From Neocallimastix sp. 'constans' (lineage: Eukaryota), in assembly GCA_050613775.1 (NCBI GenBank), contig JBODTK010000149.1, positions 372,001 through 419,932 on the forward strand: DNA of 47,932 nt, read 5' to 3'. Below the pieces are notes generated by a model. The model saw nothing but the letters and a program-made list of their open reading frames with translations, was not told where the DNA came from and searched no databases. Of the stretch, positions 12,001-26,302 are shown piece by piece. Position numbers and translations under genes: made by a program. How positions within the stretch are numbered: position 1 is the first letter of the stretch; each line of letters opens with the position of its first letter.

Positions 12001-13142
12001 AAAATAATATTTAAAAAAAAAAAAAAAATTATATTATTTCAATAATTATAATAAAATAATATTATAAAATATTAAAAAGTGATATAGTTAAAAAAAAAAT
12101 TATTAACTATTAATAATTCATATTTAAAATTTTATTATTTTATATAAAAAAATAAATATATTCTTATAAACTCTCTTTTTTGTTATTACAAATATAAAAT
12201 ATATATTTATATATATATATTATGTTTAAGGATGAAATTATAAAAAAAAATAAAAAATGTATATATATAATTCCATCCTTTTAACATATATTAATAAAAT
12301 ATAATTTCATATAATAAGATTTTTATGTATTTCAGATGTTTAGCATTTCTAATTTGTTATAAATATTCAAATATTTTTTAATTTTTAATCAATAATAATA
12401 ATAATATTATTAGTTGATAAAGAATTTTCAAGATATTAAGTAAATTTCATAAAAAAAATGTAAACAAAGAAAATCAATACAAATGTATCAAATTAATGTA
12501 TTAGAAAAGTTATATTAATTTATATTTCTATATTCTTTAAAGTTATATTAAAATTATATTTTAATTACTCTAAATTAGTATAATATATTATCTTTAAACC
12601 TTATTATATATTATTTTATGTCTTTGTTCTATTATATTATTAAGAAATATATTAAATTAAGTTATGAACTATATTAATCTAAAAAGAATAATAATTCATA
12701 AAAAGAAAATGTAAATAAACGTTTAGAAGGGGACTTTTTATGAAAAGAGAAGAAATAATTAGTCAAATATAATGAAGTATTATTAATAAATTAAATAATA
12801 AATAATTAATATTTTTAAGTTATATTATTGAGAATATAACTTCTTTGAATTATAAATAATTTTTGTGTAATTATTTATAAAATAAATTTTGTGTAAAATT
12901 AATAGTTTATTTTTATAAAAAAAATAAACAAAGTTTCTTTTTATAATTTTTATCATTAAAAGTTGTAAAATAGTTCTTTCTTAAAAGTTAGAATTTTACT
13001 ACAACTTTAGTATAACATTATAATATTAATTAATATATTATACTGTTATCATTAGTAATAATAAAAAATTAAACTATAAAATATAAAAAAATATATATAT
13101 GTATTATATACATAAATTAATACATTTACATTTTTAATTATA

Positions 13143-13186
<44 letters not shown>

Positions 13187-13567
13187 AATTATTAAATCAT
13201 TTATTAATGGTTATGAATAATATAATAGAAATATAATATTAATTCAATGAATAGGAATATCAATCAAGATTATATAAAGAAAATTTTAAAATTATATATA
13301 TATATATTTTTTTTTTCTTTTTTTTGGTTAATTATTAAATAATAAATATTTTAATATTTTAATATTTTATTTTTTTATAATAATATTGAGTTAAATTTTT
13401 TAAAAATAATAATTAATATCTATATAAATTAACCATTTTGTAAATAACTTTATTTACTTAATTAGTATTTATTTATATTTTCATTTTATATATAGAATTT
13501 ATTTAATAGTATTATATTTGTTCATTTATTTTATTAAAATTAAAGTTTTAAAAATTTAAGATTTTAT

Positions 13568-13610
<43 letters not shown>

Positions 13611-13901
13611 AAATTTAATATAGGATTAATGGACCCCAAATTTAATTAGTAGTAGATTTCATTAAAAAATTTCTAATAAAAAAATATATTTATATATTAT
13701 TTTCTATTACATATAAAATAAAATAAAAACCAAAAATAAAAAAAAAAAAAAGCAATAATAAAAAATAAAAAAAAAAAAATAAAAAAATAAAATTTCCATT
13801 ATTTGAAATATGTTAAAAAATATATAATATATAATAAATAATAATAATAATAATATTAATAATAAAATTTTATTATTATTTATGTCAAAAATTTACAAAT
13901 A

Positions 13902-13938
<37 letters not shown>

Positions 13939-14257
13939 ACTTTATGTATAGTATTATTCATTATCAATTACTAAATATAAAAAAATAATTATTAATCTTT
14001 TAATATTTATATATTATTTTATTCTAATCTTAACTTATATCATTCATATTTTAATAATATGTTTCTAATAGTATTTAAGAATATTTTCTATTTTTTTTTT
14101 TTTTTTAATTAAAAAAAAAAAAAAAAAAATTAATTATTATATAAATAATTCTTTTAATAAACATTTAGGTCAAGATGAATTGTTATTTTACATTGATATT
14201 ATTTTTGATTTTTAATTAATTTTATTTTGTATATTTTTATACTTTTTATATATATAT

Positions 14258-14306
<49 letters not shown>

Positions 14307-14494
14307 TTTTTTTCTGTTTTGTTTTTGCTTTTCTTTTTGTTTTGTTTGTTAGCTAGTTTATTTTTAATTTATGGTATTTATATATATTAATTTAAATAAA
14401 TAAAAATATTTTAAATAAAATAAAAAAAAAAAATACAGAATATTAAAAAAAAAAAATAAGTAGACGTTGTTATATATTTTAAATTGTTATCTAT

Positions 14495-14656
14495 AAATAT
14501 GACTATTTAAAAGGTTTTATATAATAGTTTAAATATGACTATTTAAAAGGTTTTATATAATAATTTAAATATGACTATTTAAAAGGTTTTATATAATAGT
14601 TTAAATATGACTATTTAAAATGTTTTTTATAATAGCTTAAATATGACTATTTAAAA
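14495..14656. repeat. 36-bp minisatellite, about 4.5 copies, just downstream of the GTP cyclohydrolase I stop codon
   Basis: aaatatgactatttaaaaggttttatataatagttt repeated head-to-tail with no spacers. Confidence 0.93.
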
Positions 14657-14739
14657 GAAGATTATTCTCAAAATAGCATTTATACTACTTTAAGAATTCA
14701 TTGTTTACTAATTTAATAATTATTTTATAATATGGTTAT

Positions 14740-15840
14740 CTAATGTTTTATTAAACTATTTTTGTTTAATAATATTTTTTAATAAGTTAAAAGATATATA
14801 TATTTAAATAAAATGGATTAATTAAATTATTTTAATTATCATATTTATTCAATTATTTTTATTTAATTTTATTGATATATTACCTTAAAAATTCTTCCTT
14901 TAATCTTATATCATCTTTAAATACACCAGTTGTATGACTAGTAACTGTACATGATTGAGTTTTCTGTACTCCTCTCATAACCATGCAGAAATGACTATAT
15001 TTTTATTTTAAAATTTAAATTAATTTCATTTAATTTTATAATAAAAAAAAAAATTACTTTTTATATATATATTTATTACCTTGATTCCATAACAACCGCT
15101 ACTCCCTTTGGTTGAAGAACTTCTTCAAGAACATCACTAACTTGTTTAGTAATTCTTTCTTGAATTTGTAATCTTCTACTAATCATTTCAGTTATTCTTG
15201 CTATTTTACTTAGACCAATAACTTTTTTATTTGGCATATATGCAATATGTATCTTTATAATGATAATAATTCGAAAAATGAATTTTTAATATATTGTCTT
15301 TTGAATATTATAAATATTAATAATAAAAATTAACTTTTTCTATTCTATTTTTTTTTTTTTTCTCTTAAATATAGAATGAGAGAAAGAATATTATTTATTA
15401 CCTTTCCCGAAAATGGAACTAAATGGTGTTCACATAAAGAAAATATTTCAATATCTTTAACTATTACCATACCATTATGATCTTCTTCAAATACAGCATT
15501 ATTAACAACTTCATTTATATCCTTTTCATACCCTTCAGTAAAAAAGAGTAAAGCTTTCGCATATCTTTCAGGAGTTTTTAATAAACCTTCACGATTAGGA
15601 TCTTCTCCTAAACATTCCAAAATAGTAGTAACCGCTCCAGTTAATTGTTTTAATCTTATTTCTTTCTCTTCGTCTGTTTCATTTTTGCGTTTTAAAGTTC
15701 CCGCAGCTATTATTATTTAATATAAATATTTTATTTTTTTTTATGTTTTTATATTTATATATATATTTTTTAATAAATAGTTATTTATTTTTATTAATAT
15801 TTTTTTTAAAAAAGGATAGAATTATTACATATTATATTTT

Positions 15841-15878
<38 letters not shown>

Positions 15879-16159
15879 TAATAAAATATAAATATAATAT
15901 TATTTTTAATAATTATTACTAATTATAATACTTTATAATTATGTAGTAATATAATAACTTTTATAACTTATAATCATTATTTGATTATATAATTATTACA
16001 ATCTTTTTTTTTTTTTTTTTTTTTTAATTATCATTTCAAAATAAATTTACCTGGAAAACAAAGTCCATATTTATCTACAGCATTGGATTCCATACTATTA
16101 CTAATTTTTTGCTTTTTATTATTATTAACTTCAATAGAATTGCTTGAATTTGAAACCAT
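14740..16159 (-). CDS. FOL2: GTP cyclohydrolase I. Exons 16159-16051, 15706-15402, 15252-15080, 14994-14884, 14755-14740
   Basis: [64 protein letters not shown] and terminal EEFLSLIKH*. Zinc-ligand Cys/His/Cys present and all joins GT-AG in phase. Confidence 0.96.
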
Positions 16160-16874
16160 TTTTTTTTTATTGTTAATTTTTATTATATTTTTTGATATTA
16201 ATATTGTTAAATATTATTATTGTCTTAAGTATTATTATTATTTAAATTAATTAATTCCCAAGAAAAATATGTAATTAAAAATAAAAAAATATATTTTTTT
16301 TACAGATTGATATATTATAATATAACAATCTTTTTACTAAATTTTATAAATTAAGAAAAAAAAATTTTTCCTTATCAATTTCTTTACTTATATATATAGA
16401 TATTTTAATAAATATATATTATAATAATAATATTAATTATTTTCTTTAATTATATAAATGATAATAATTAATATTATTATAGTACTTTATATCCTTTTCT
16501 TTTTTTCTTTATAAACTTTTTAATATTTTATTGATATTGAAAAAATTTTTTTCTTTTTTTCTTTGAGGGACTGAAAGAGAAATTCAGTCACATGACCGTA
16601 TCCATTTTTAATAGTAATTTTTTTAAAAAAAATTTTCAAACTCGAAATCTAGTGGCGGAAAAGTAATTTAAAATTTTCATTAAGATGTGATTTGATTTAA
16701 GGATAAAATATGAAATATTTATATGAAAATACAAAATAAAATTATAAATTTTAAATTTAAACTTTATCATCAAATAGTTAAAAAATATATATAAAAAAAT
16801 ATATATATAAATATATATAAATAATTAATAAATATAAATTGAAAATCAATAAATAATAAATTGAAAATAAAAAA

Positions 16875-17110
16875 ATAATAAATAATAAATAATAAATAAT
16901 AAATAATAAGTAATTGAATAATAAATAAATAATAAATAATAAATAATAAATAATAAATAATAAATAATAAATAATTGAATAATAAATAATAAATAATAAA
17001 TAAATAAATAATAGATAAATAAATAAATAATAGATAAATAAATAAATAATAGATAAATAAATAAATAATAGATAAATAAATAAATAATAGATAAATAAAT
17101 AATAATTAAT
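16875..17110. repeat. (AATAAAT)n satellite grading into a (AATAGATAAATAAATAAAT)n minisatellite
   Basis: Direct reading of tandem units. Confidence 0.9.
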
Positions 17111-18360
17111 AATTATAATAAATATTTATAATAATAAATATTAATATTTTTTTTTTATATTCACATTAATTTTTATTACATATTTAAAAATAAATTTAAA
17201 AAATTTATTTTTAAAATAGATTTAATTGATAATGCTTTATGGAATTTCTAGATTATGTATTATTATTACATACTATTTAAAAATATTTGTAAAAAGTATT
17301 ATAATATATATTTATAATGTATAGTTTTTATTTAATATTTTATTTCAAAAATGAAAAAAAAAAAAAAAAGTTTTATTAGTAATGATAATAAAAAAATAAT
17401 TTAAAGTTTTAAAAATTTAAAAAACTTAAATTGAGAATCAAATTTTAATCTAACTAAATAAAAAAAAAAAAAAAATAAAAATAAAATTAAAATACTTTTA
17501 GCTAATAAATAAATAACTAAATGAATAAATATATAATAAACTAAATATATAGTTAATTAAATATGTAAATAAATAAAAAAACATAATTATTCATAACTAA
17601 TAAAATAAATATTATATATATTATTATTAATATTTTATATATATATAAAATATTAATACAAAGATATTTTATTTAGTAATTGAAGAGAAATGCAAGTATA
17701 TAATAATTATATATAATTAATCCAAAACTTTATTGTATATATTTTTTTTTTTAATATTTTTAATTCTTAATATTGATAAAGCAAATATTTATTTATCTTT
17801 TTATTAATCTTTGAGTAATAATGTTTAAAGAATTAACATATAAATTATATATTTTAAATATTTATATATATATATATAATTAAAAAGTTTTATTCAACAA
17901 TATATTTCAATTGTGTAACCTATTCTACGATACCTTCATCTTATTTACTATTTTATTATTTTAAAATATAAAATATTTATTATTATTTAATGATATTTTT
18001 TTTTAATGAATTTTTTTTTTTAAAATTACTTTATTAATTAAAAATTATATATTATATATATATATTTCAATTTGAATATCAGAATTAGATATTAGTATTA
18101 AATATTGGGATAGTTTTATTATTTTTATTATTATTAATTTAAATATACAAATTTGCTTTTTCTAATAATATTTATATTTTCTTTTTTTATTTTATTTATT
18201 TATATATTATTAAAAGAATTTATAAAATAATTTATATATATATTATATATTATTATTATTCAACTATTACTATCTTTTTTTTAATTGATTTATACAGATT
18301 ATTTAATTTTTTTTTTTTTTTAATTGATTTATACAGATTTATTTAATTTTTGCATAAATC

Positions 18361-18429
<69 letters not shown>

Positions 18430-18480
18430 GTTATTAATTTATTATTAATTTTTTATCATAAATTTTTTTTTTTATGTTTA

Positions 18481-19258
18481 TTAATTATTTAATTCATCTT
18501 TATGTGTATTCAAGAAATCTTCATAAAATTTGGCAGGATTCTTTGAATTTAATTCTTCTATTTCTTTTGATTTCTTTAAATTATTAATCCTATCCAGATA
18601 GTCTTTACTTTCTTGTGAATTAGGATCAGAATTCTCATTATATATATTCCCTACAATATCTAACAATGGATATAACTTTTAAAAAAAAAAAGTTATAAAA
18701 TTTTTTCATAATAAATAAATAAATAAATAAATATATATATATATATAAGTATATAAATATATAAATAAATATATAAATATATGATATTTTAATTTTTTTT
18801 ATTTTTTTTTTTTATTTTTTTTTTTTGTTTATTTTTATAAATACCTTTTCTTTTAATTGTTGTTGATATTTATATTCACCATATTTTGTATTTGCTAAAT
18901 CATCAATATTTTCTAATGAATTCAATATACATTCTAAGGTATCTTTTACTAAATCTAAGCTTCCATATTGCTCTTTCATTGTTAATTGTAATAACGCATT
19001 AGCAGCATTAATTCTAACTTTAAAGTTTCTACAACTTTTTATTGATTTTAATAAAGACATAATTAATGTTGATGTCCAAGAAGATTTACCAATTGGGAAA
19101 TTTTTATTTTTAAACATATTACATATGGCATGACAAGCGTTCCATCTTATCTTTTTTTATATAAAAAATAGTATTTATTTTTTTTTTGTTTTTAAAAAAA
19201 AAAATATATTAATTATCCATAAATATAAATTATTTCATTTTTAAATAATTATAATAAT

Positions 19259-19301
<43 letters not shown>

Positions 19302-19714
19302 GTAATAATCTCTATTTATAATTTATTATTATTATGTTATTTTCATCAATACTATTATTAATTTACTTTAACTGAACCAGCTTCTACATTTTTTTTAGTA
19401 ACTAAAACAGCTTCTTCAATAATATTATTTGATTGACTATTTATAAATGATTTTGGACATATTCTTATAATACCGCCTAATCCTCTTAAAGCACTTGCTC
19501 TACACTTTGAATTATTAAATTTGAAATTTTAGTATATAAAGATATATTTTTATAAATAAAAAGAGAGAATGTGTGTATGATTTATTTATTTAAACAATAA
19601 TTTGATAAATACCTTATCATTATCTTTAGCAGCTGATATACCAGATTCTAAGAGTTTTTTAATCATATCATCATCTAACCATTCACTTAATATTGATTGA
19701 TTTTCTTGATTTTC

Positions 19715-19765
<51 letters not shown>

Positions 19766-20259
19766 GTCAATTAAAAATATTATTAAATAAGTATAATTAC
19801 ATATATATATATTAAAATAATTTTGTTATTACATATATTTATTACTATTGTCATTTCTGAAAATAGTAAATAAATTTAATTTACCTCATTAATATAAGAT
19901 TATCACAAAAGTTACCATAAAGCCAACTAGATCTAATTTTTACAATTAAATTATTATCCTTAATTGTATCTTGAATTGTGGATGCTACATCAATAATAAA
20001 CATTGTATCCTAATAAAAATTTTTTTTTTATGGTTTTTAACAATTTAATATTAATTATTATATATATATATAAATATAGATTATATAAAAAAAATAATGT
20101 TTATTACATTGCTTAAAAATTTATAAGTAATTAATGTTCCTAATGTTCGACAAGCAGCAGCTCGTACATTGAAGTTTTTATCATTTTGGGAATGATTAAG
20201 TGGTATTGTTATACATGGGATTTGTTTTAATTTCTATTTTTATATGTATTTTTTAGAAT

Positions 20260-20300
<41 letters not shown>

Positions 20301-22323
20301 TGCATATTCATATTCATATTCATATTTATATTTATTTTAAAGTAATAATAATAGTAATAAAATTTTATATTAATATTGAGCTATTTAAATTAAATTATAT
20401 TGATTTTTCTATTATTTTTAAAAAATTTTAATTTATTACATTCAATTGTTCAAATATGCTTTCTGGAATATTTGAAATACAATCACATGAAGTTGCTCTC
20501 ATTACAGCATTATCACTATTAATTTGAGTTAAAAAGTAATTAATTGTATCTTCCCACCAATCGAGATCAAACTATTTAAAATATATATATATATATATTA
20601 TTATTATTAGTAAAATTTTAGATTATTAAAATCGTTATAATTAATAATTAATTATATTAAATATATATTATTATATACAGTATTGCTCCATTTATCATAA
20701 TTTAAATTGATGGTTTGGGTATAAGATTCTAAAACTTTCAATGCATTTATTTTTATTAAATCATTATTATTATTAAGTCCACTATCAATTAATTCCTTAA
20801 TAATTGACCATTTTTCTCTGAAAATATAAAATTTTATTTAAATAATATTTAAAAATTAATTAATTAATTAATTAATTTTTTTTTTAATTTTTTTTCTTTT
20901 TTTTTTATTTTTAGTTCAAATTATAAAAAATGATATGAAATAAATAGAAAACGTAAAAAATGAAAGAAAAAAAAAAAAAAAAAACCTTATAATTTCTATA
21001 TCATGTCTTGCTATAGTTGATAAAATAGAATAGCATTCTGCTTTCACAATATTTGATTCGGTTTTTCTTATTAAAGAAATAATTGTATTAGTTATAATAT
21101 AATTATCTTCATCGTTAAATATATTTATATTTTCGAATGATTTTGAAAGTTCTTTTGGTATTTCGAAATTTTTTGTTAAAAAGCTTGAATCAAAATGTGA
21201 ATCTAATAATATATTAATACAATGTAAAGCTGATTCTTTGATTTTGTCATCTAATTTTTTTTTTTTTTTTTTTTTTTTGGTTTATATATTATTTATATAT
21301 TTATGTATAGATAGATATAAATTTAATAATTAGTTATTTATAATTAAATGAAACTATTATTTAAAAGTAATTATAATTACTAACCATCATGAAATATTAA
21401 TGGAACCATATTATCTCTAATTATTACAGGATAGTTTGTGGATATTTTATCATAGGATGAATTTTGAACCAGCACACATATACACTAAAATACAATTAAT
21501 TAATCAATTAATAATTTATAATTTAACAAATAATTAACTAATTAAATTTTTAATATATAAATACTTAATAGTTTACTTTAATAATTAAATTAATAATTGA
21601 AATATTTGTTTCTGTCTTTAAAGCATATAATAATCCATTATGAAATAAATTAATTTGAATTCCTAATCGTTCTGAGAGTGAAGTGAAATTTGTTTTTGGA
21701 TGAGTACTAATTAGAATTTTATTATTTTGTTATTTTTAATAAACATATATAAAGAATTATAAAGATAAATTATAATAATAATACGTGAATGAGAAAATTA
21801 TTATATAATGACTTAATATTGATTTTATTTGTTTATTTTTAATATAATCGTTATTAAATATTTACGAATCTGTTGCAACAGCTAGATATGGTTTAGCGCC
21901 ATCCACCATGCATGTTAAAGTACTAACTGCAGTAGCTCGTATTTGAGGAATTGGATCATTTTGAATTAAGGATAATAATGATCTTTTAGTCTTATCATTA
22001 ACATATGGAATAAACATATCCCAATATGGATAAAATAGTTTAGGTGAACTCTATTTTTTTTTTTTTTTTTTTAAATTTAAATTAAATAAAATATAATATA
22101 TAGTATTAATAATGATAATGATAATAATAATAATAATTTAATAATTATAGAAAATAATGATTATTTATATATATTATTATTTACTATTGTTATTGTTATA
22201 TGCATTATATACATATAAATAAAGTTACCTTAATAATTGTTTGCAAACAATATAATGCATTTAATTTTATTTTAGTATAATTATCTATTTTAACTCTTTT
22301 TTTAAAATTATTATTAAAAAATA

Positions 22324-22380
<57 letters not shown>

Positions 22381-23847
22381 CTTTTTGTTATAAAAAAAAT
22401 TAGCATAATTTTCATACTTTAAATTACTAAAATCACTATCCGAGATTTCAGAATCTGATTGTATATTTGAATGAGACAAAGACACACTAGAATCAGTCTT
22501 AAATAAACCCAATTTACTTCCGGAATCACGTCTTCCAAGATTTTTATAATCTATATTTACAGTTTTACAACATTAATATTAAATTTTAAAATTTATTAAG
22601 GTTAAAACAGTTTATAAATATATATATATATATATCATTTAAAAATATAATATTTATATTATATTATTATAATATATATACCATTAAATATGAAATTATA
22701 TAAATAAACTAAATTATTTTTTGAGTTTGCTAATATTTCTTTATCTTCCGAAATCATAATTTGATAAACTCTTAAAGAGCTATTAATTATCTAGTATATA
22801 TTTATGTATAATTTATTAATAAATTATTATATATATATATATTTATGTTTTAAAAGTATTAAATTGAATAAATGATTTTTTTAATACCTTGCTTAGACTT
22901 GAAGAAATATTACTTTGATTATTTATTATGTGATTATATATAGTATTATATATTATTTTATATTGTGAAGAACTTAGTTTAGCACCAGTTTTATAACATA
23001 AATTTCCCAATGAAATAATAGCTAAGCGTTTAATTTGAAGTTGAGGTAAATCATTTTTATTAGCTAAATTTACCAATTTATTAATTAAGGTTTCATAGTA
23101 CTTCATTGATTTATTGGAAAATATGACGTAATAAAATATAAATATAAAAATTTAAAATTAATTTATTACTGACTATAATTTTATTATAAATTATAAAGAA
23201 AAATTTACTTTGTCACAGTAACATCCATTTTCATATAATACAAAACTCAATGCTTTTAAATTTTCTATTTGCTCTTCTTTTGTTATTTTGTCAAATTGTG
23301 TTAATAAATAATTAATTAATTCATGTATAATATTATGATTTGAATTAAATTTTATCTAAATAAATGAGAGATTATAACAAGATAATATTAGTTATTACAT
23401 ATTATATAAATAATATTTCTATTTCTTATATAAATATAATTATAAAAATTTTGATTCCTACTTGTTTCTTTGAAAATAATAAGCTAATTAATTTATAAAA
23501 ATATTTGTTTTTTTCAGAATCATTTTTATTAAATTCTTTAATTCCAAATTTTAGTAATGAAATTACCTATTTGTTTTAAATATATATGAAATTTAGTGCA
23601 AATTCATTATTATGAAATGTATTATTAAACCTTTATAATTCCTTTTAATAAATTAATTATTTTAAATAATAATAAAGCATTAATAGTAGATATTAAATAA
23701 ATTATTGTATTACAAAATGATTCATACATTTTCTTGTTGAATATCAGGTACCGGATATGGAATTGAAACTAATTTCCTTAATAAAGAAATTTGATTATCA
23801 TTATTATTTTTATTCATTAATTTATTACTTAATTCATTAAATGACAT
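18481..23847 (-). CDS. HEATR6: HEAT-repeat protein 6-like (DUF4042 / ARM-type); about 19 exons, first 23847-23728, last about 18675-18481
   Basis: Spliced translation includes PKLFYPYWDMFIP...SLLSLIQNDPIPQIRATAV...MVDGAKPYLAVA, NFTSLSERLG, VRAAACRTLG, RWNACHAICNMFKN and NFKVRINAANAL, all characteristic of HEATR6. Some internal exon edges are approximate. Confidence 0.85.
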
Positions 23848-24052
23848 TTTATTTATAAACTAAGGCTATTATTATTATCTAGAGCTATTAAATTGAAAGA
23901 TTTTTCATTAAATTAAATTATAATATATAATTATTTTATTAAAAATATTTTATAATATTTAATAATAAATATTAAAAAAAAAAAAAAAGAAAAAGAAAAA
24001 CAAATAATTAATATTTTATATATTTTATAATTTTATATTAAAAATAAAGTTT

Positions 24053-24096
<44 letters not shown>

Positions 24097-24326
24097 ATAA
24101 TATTAAAAAAATTATATAGTAAATAATACTATTATTTATAACAAACACGGGAAATTAAAAATTATTTTTATTAAAGGTGTGACAATTGTTATTTTACACA
24201 CTGATAATATATAAATTTTAAAATATAAATACAACATCAAAAAGTTTTATAGAAATATTCTATTGTTTGTATTTATTTATTATTTTTTTTAATTAATTTC
24301 GAAGTAATAATATTTATTCAATTAAC

Positions 24327-24359
<33 letters not shown>

Positions 24360-24699
24360 TATATTTTATAATGTAAAATGAAAAGATATATATATATATA
24401 TATAATTTATTTATTTTCATTTTATGTTTTTTAAATGAAAAATCCTTTCTTAATTGTGTTTCTTTTTCGTAATGGTTTTAGCATATCTAATATCATGAGA
24501 TCTTTAATATTTATATATTATCATTCATTTGATTAATTTACCTCATAATTAAAATTTTTAGCCCTAATTTTCTCTATCTCATATTATAAGAAAACATTAT
24601 CTAGTCCTTTCACTAATTACTCTTATTTTAAATTTGTAGTATTTAAATATTATAAGTTTTGGATTTAACAAAATTTTTACTATAAAGTTATAATATTAT

Positions 24700-24901
24700 G
24701 TACTACTACTACTAATAAAAATAATAAAAATAATAATAATAATAATAAAAATTATAATAATAATAATAATAAAAATAATAATAAAAATAATAATAATAAT
24801 GAAAATAAAAATAATTTATAATAAAAATAACTATAATAAAAGCTATAATAATAATAATAATACTAGTAATAATAATAATTATAATAATAATAATAAATAA
24901 A

Positions 24902-24935
<34 letters not shown>

Positions 24936-25145
24936 AATAATAATGAAAATATAAATAATAATTTATAATAAAAGTTAACTATAATAAAAGCTATAATAAT
25001 AATAATATTTATAATAATAATAATAATTATAATAATTATAAAAATAATAATAATAATAATTATAATAATAATTATAATAATAATAATATAATAGTAATAA
25101 TAATAATAATAATTATAATAATAAAAATAATAATAATAAAAATAA

Positions 25146-25186
<41 letters not shown>

Positions 25187-25260
25187 TCATAATTAATATA
25201 ATAATTACAATTATTATTAATACTAATACAATTATTATTAATACAACTATAATAATGATT
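24700..25260. repeat. Degenerate (AAT)n tract containing a ~70-bp internal duplication (about 24792-24860 and 24937-25007)
   Basis: AAT triplet runs; aatttataataaaa.taactataataaaagctataataataat seen twice. Confidence 0.85.
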
Positions 25261-25487
25261 AATTATTAATTATGATATTAATAACATTAACTAATTTTTT
25301 TTTAATATTATTTATAATATTAAAAAAAAATATTAAAAAAACTATTACTTATTTGTAAGTAATAGTTAAATTATATATATATGATTATTAACTAATACTA
25401 GGATGAGAAACTTTGATTTTTAGTTTTTTAGACCAAAATTTTTTAGACATAACAAATCTTTGAAAATAAATATGATTAATTGTATAC

Positions 25488-25961
25488 TTTTTTTTTTTTT
25501 AGACTTTCTCACATGATTTCTACAGCATTGGTAGGTCACATGAGTGTATTTAAGGAACAGAACCTTACATGCCTTATCATTTTGACGTCGACGCTCTACT
25601 ACCTCTAAGAGGGATTTAAAGTACTAGGCATGGTCCCCAACAGATTACGAAAATCCGGACTGACCGTCATACCACCCACCCCTCTATCATCGGGAATAGC
25701 AGAAATCTTAATTAGTTTTTGGAGATGGAATAATTAAGGAAATTGACCATATTATTTACAATTTGGATATTACATATCTAGACAGGTTTGTGTCGTTTTT
25801 CCTAATATATGCCCAAAACACCTTAGTTTTGACCAGAGTCCAAATCACCCACAAATCCATCATACTTAATCCAATATACTTACCTGTAATTGCTCTATCA
25901 ACACATTATCATAAAACTCGAAGGGAAAACTGTTAAGGTCATAGAGCTGGTTCGAACCAAG
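25488..25961 (-). mobile_element. Probably 5'-truncated poly(A) retroposon insertion (LINE 3' end or SINE) with a 16-bp target-site duplication
   Basis: atgattaattgtatac at 25472-25487 and 25962-25977. T13 at 25488-25500 is a poly(A) tail on the minus strand. The interior is sharply GC-richer than the flanks and has no intact ORF. Confidence 0.88.
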
Positions 25962-26302
25962 ATGATTAATTGTATACAAAAAGTTTTGTAATGTATGAAT
26001 TAATATAATTATTATAATTATTAGATATTTAAAATAATAATTATTTTTATTTATGTAATTATATTTAATACATTTTTTTGTTACACAATTTAATAAAAAG
26101 TAGAAATGAATTTAGTATAATAATAAAATTAATATGTTCTGAAATATAATTAATAAAAATTTAAAATAAAAAAAAAAAAAATAAAATAAAAATAAAAAAA
26201 AAATAAAAAAAATTATAAAAATTTTAAATATTAAATACTAATTTTAAATATCTTAGGTAAGGTTTGGTGGAGGAGTCATTTTAAGAGAATATTTAGAATA
26301 AT

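Noticed and set aside
14495..14656. CRISPR array (36-bp repeats)
   Set aside because: Units are head-to-tail with no unique spacers, no cas genes are present and the context is eukaryotic
25876..25886. U1 snRNA 5' end (ATACTTACCTG)
   Set aside because: No U1 stem-loop I/II motifs or Sm site follow; it lies inside the retroposon and is simply the complement of a consensus donor CAG|GTAAGTAT
25949..25958. tRNA gene or Pol III B-box (GGTTCGAACC)
   Set aside because: No A-box at the right spacing and no cloverleaf; it sits at the truncated edge of the insertion, so a tRNA-derived SINE origin is unsupported
26266..26275. Shine-Dalgarno-like GGAGGAG as evidence of bacterial origin of the ankyrin gene
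   Set aside because: About 28 nt from the ATG, too far for a ribosome-binding site; better explained as 5'-UTR exon sequence
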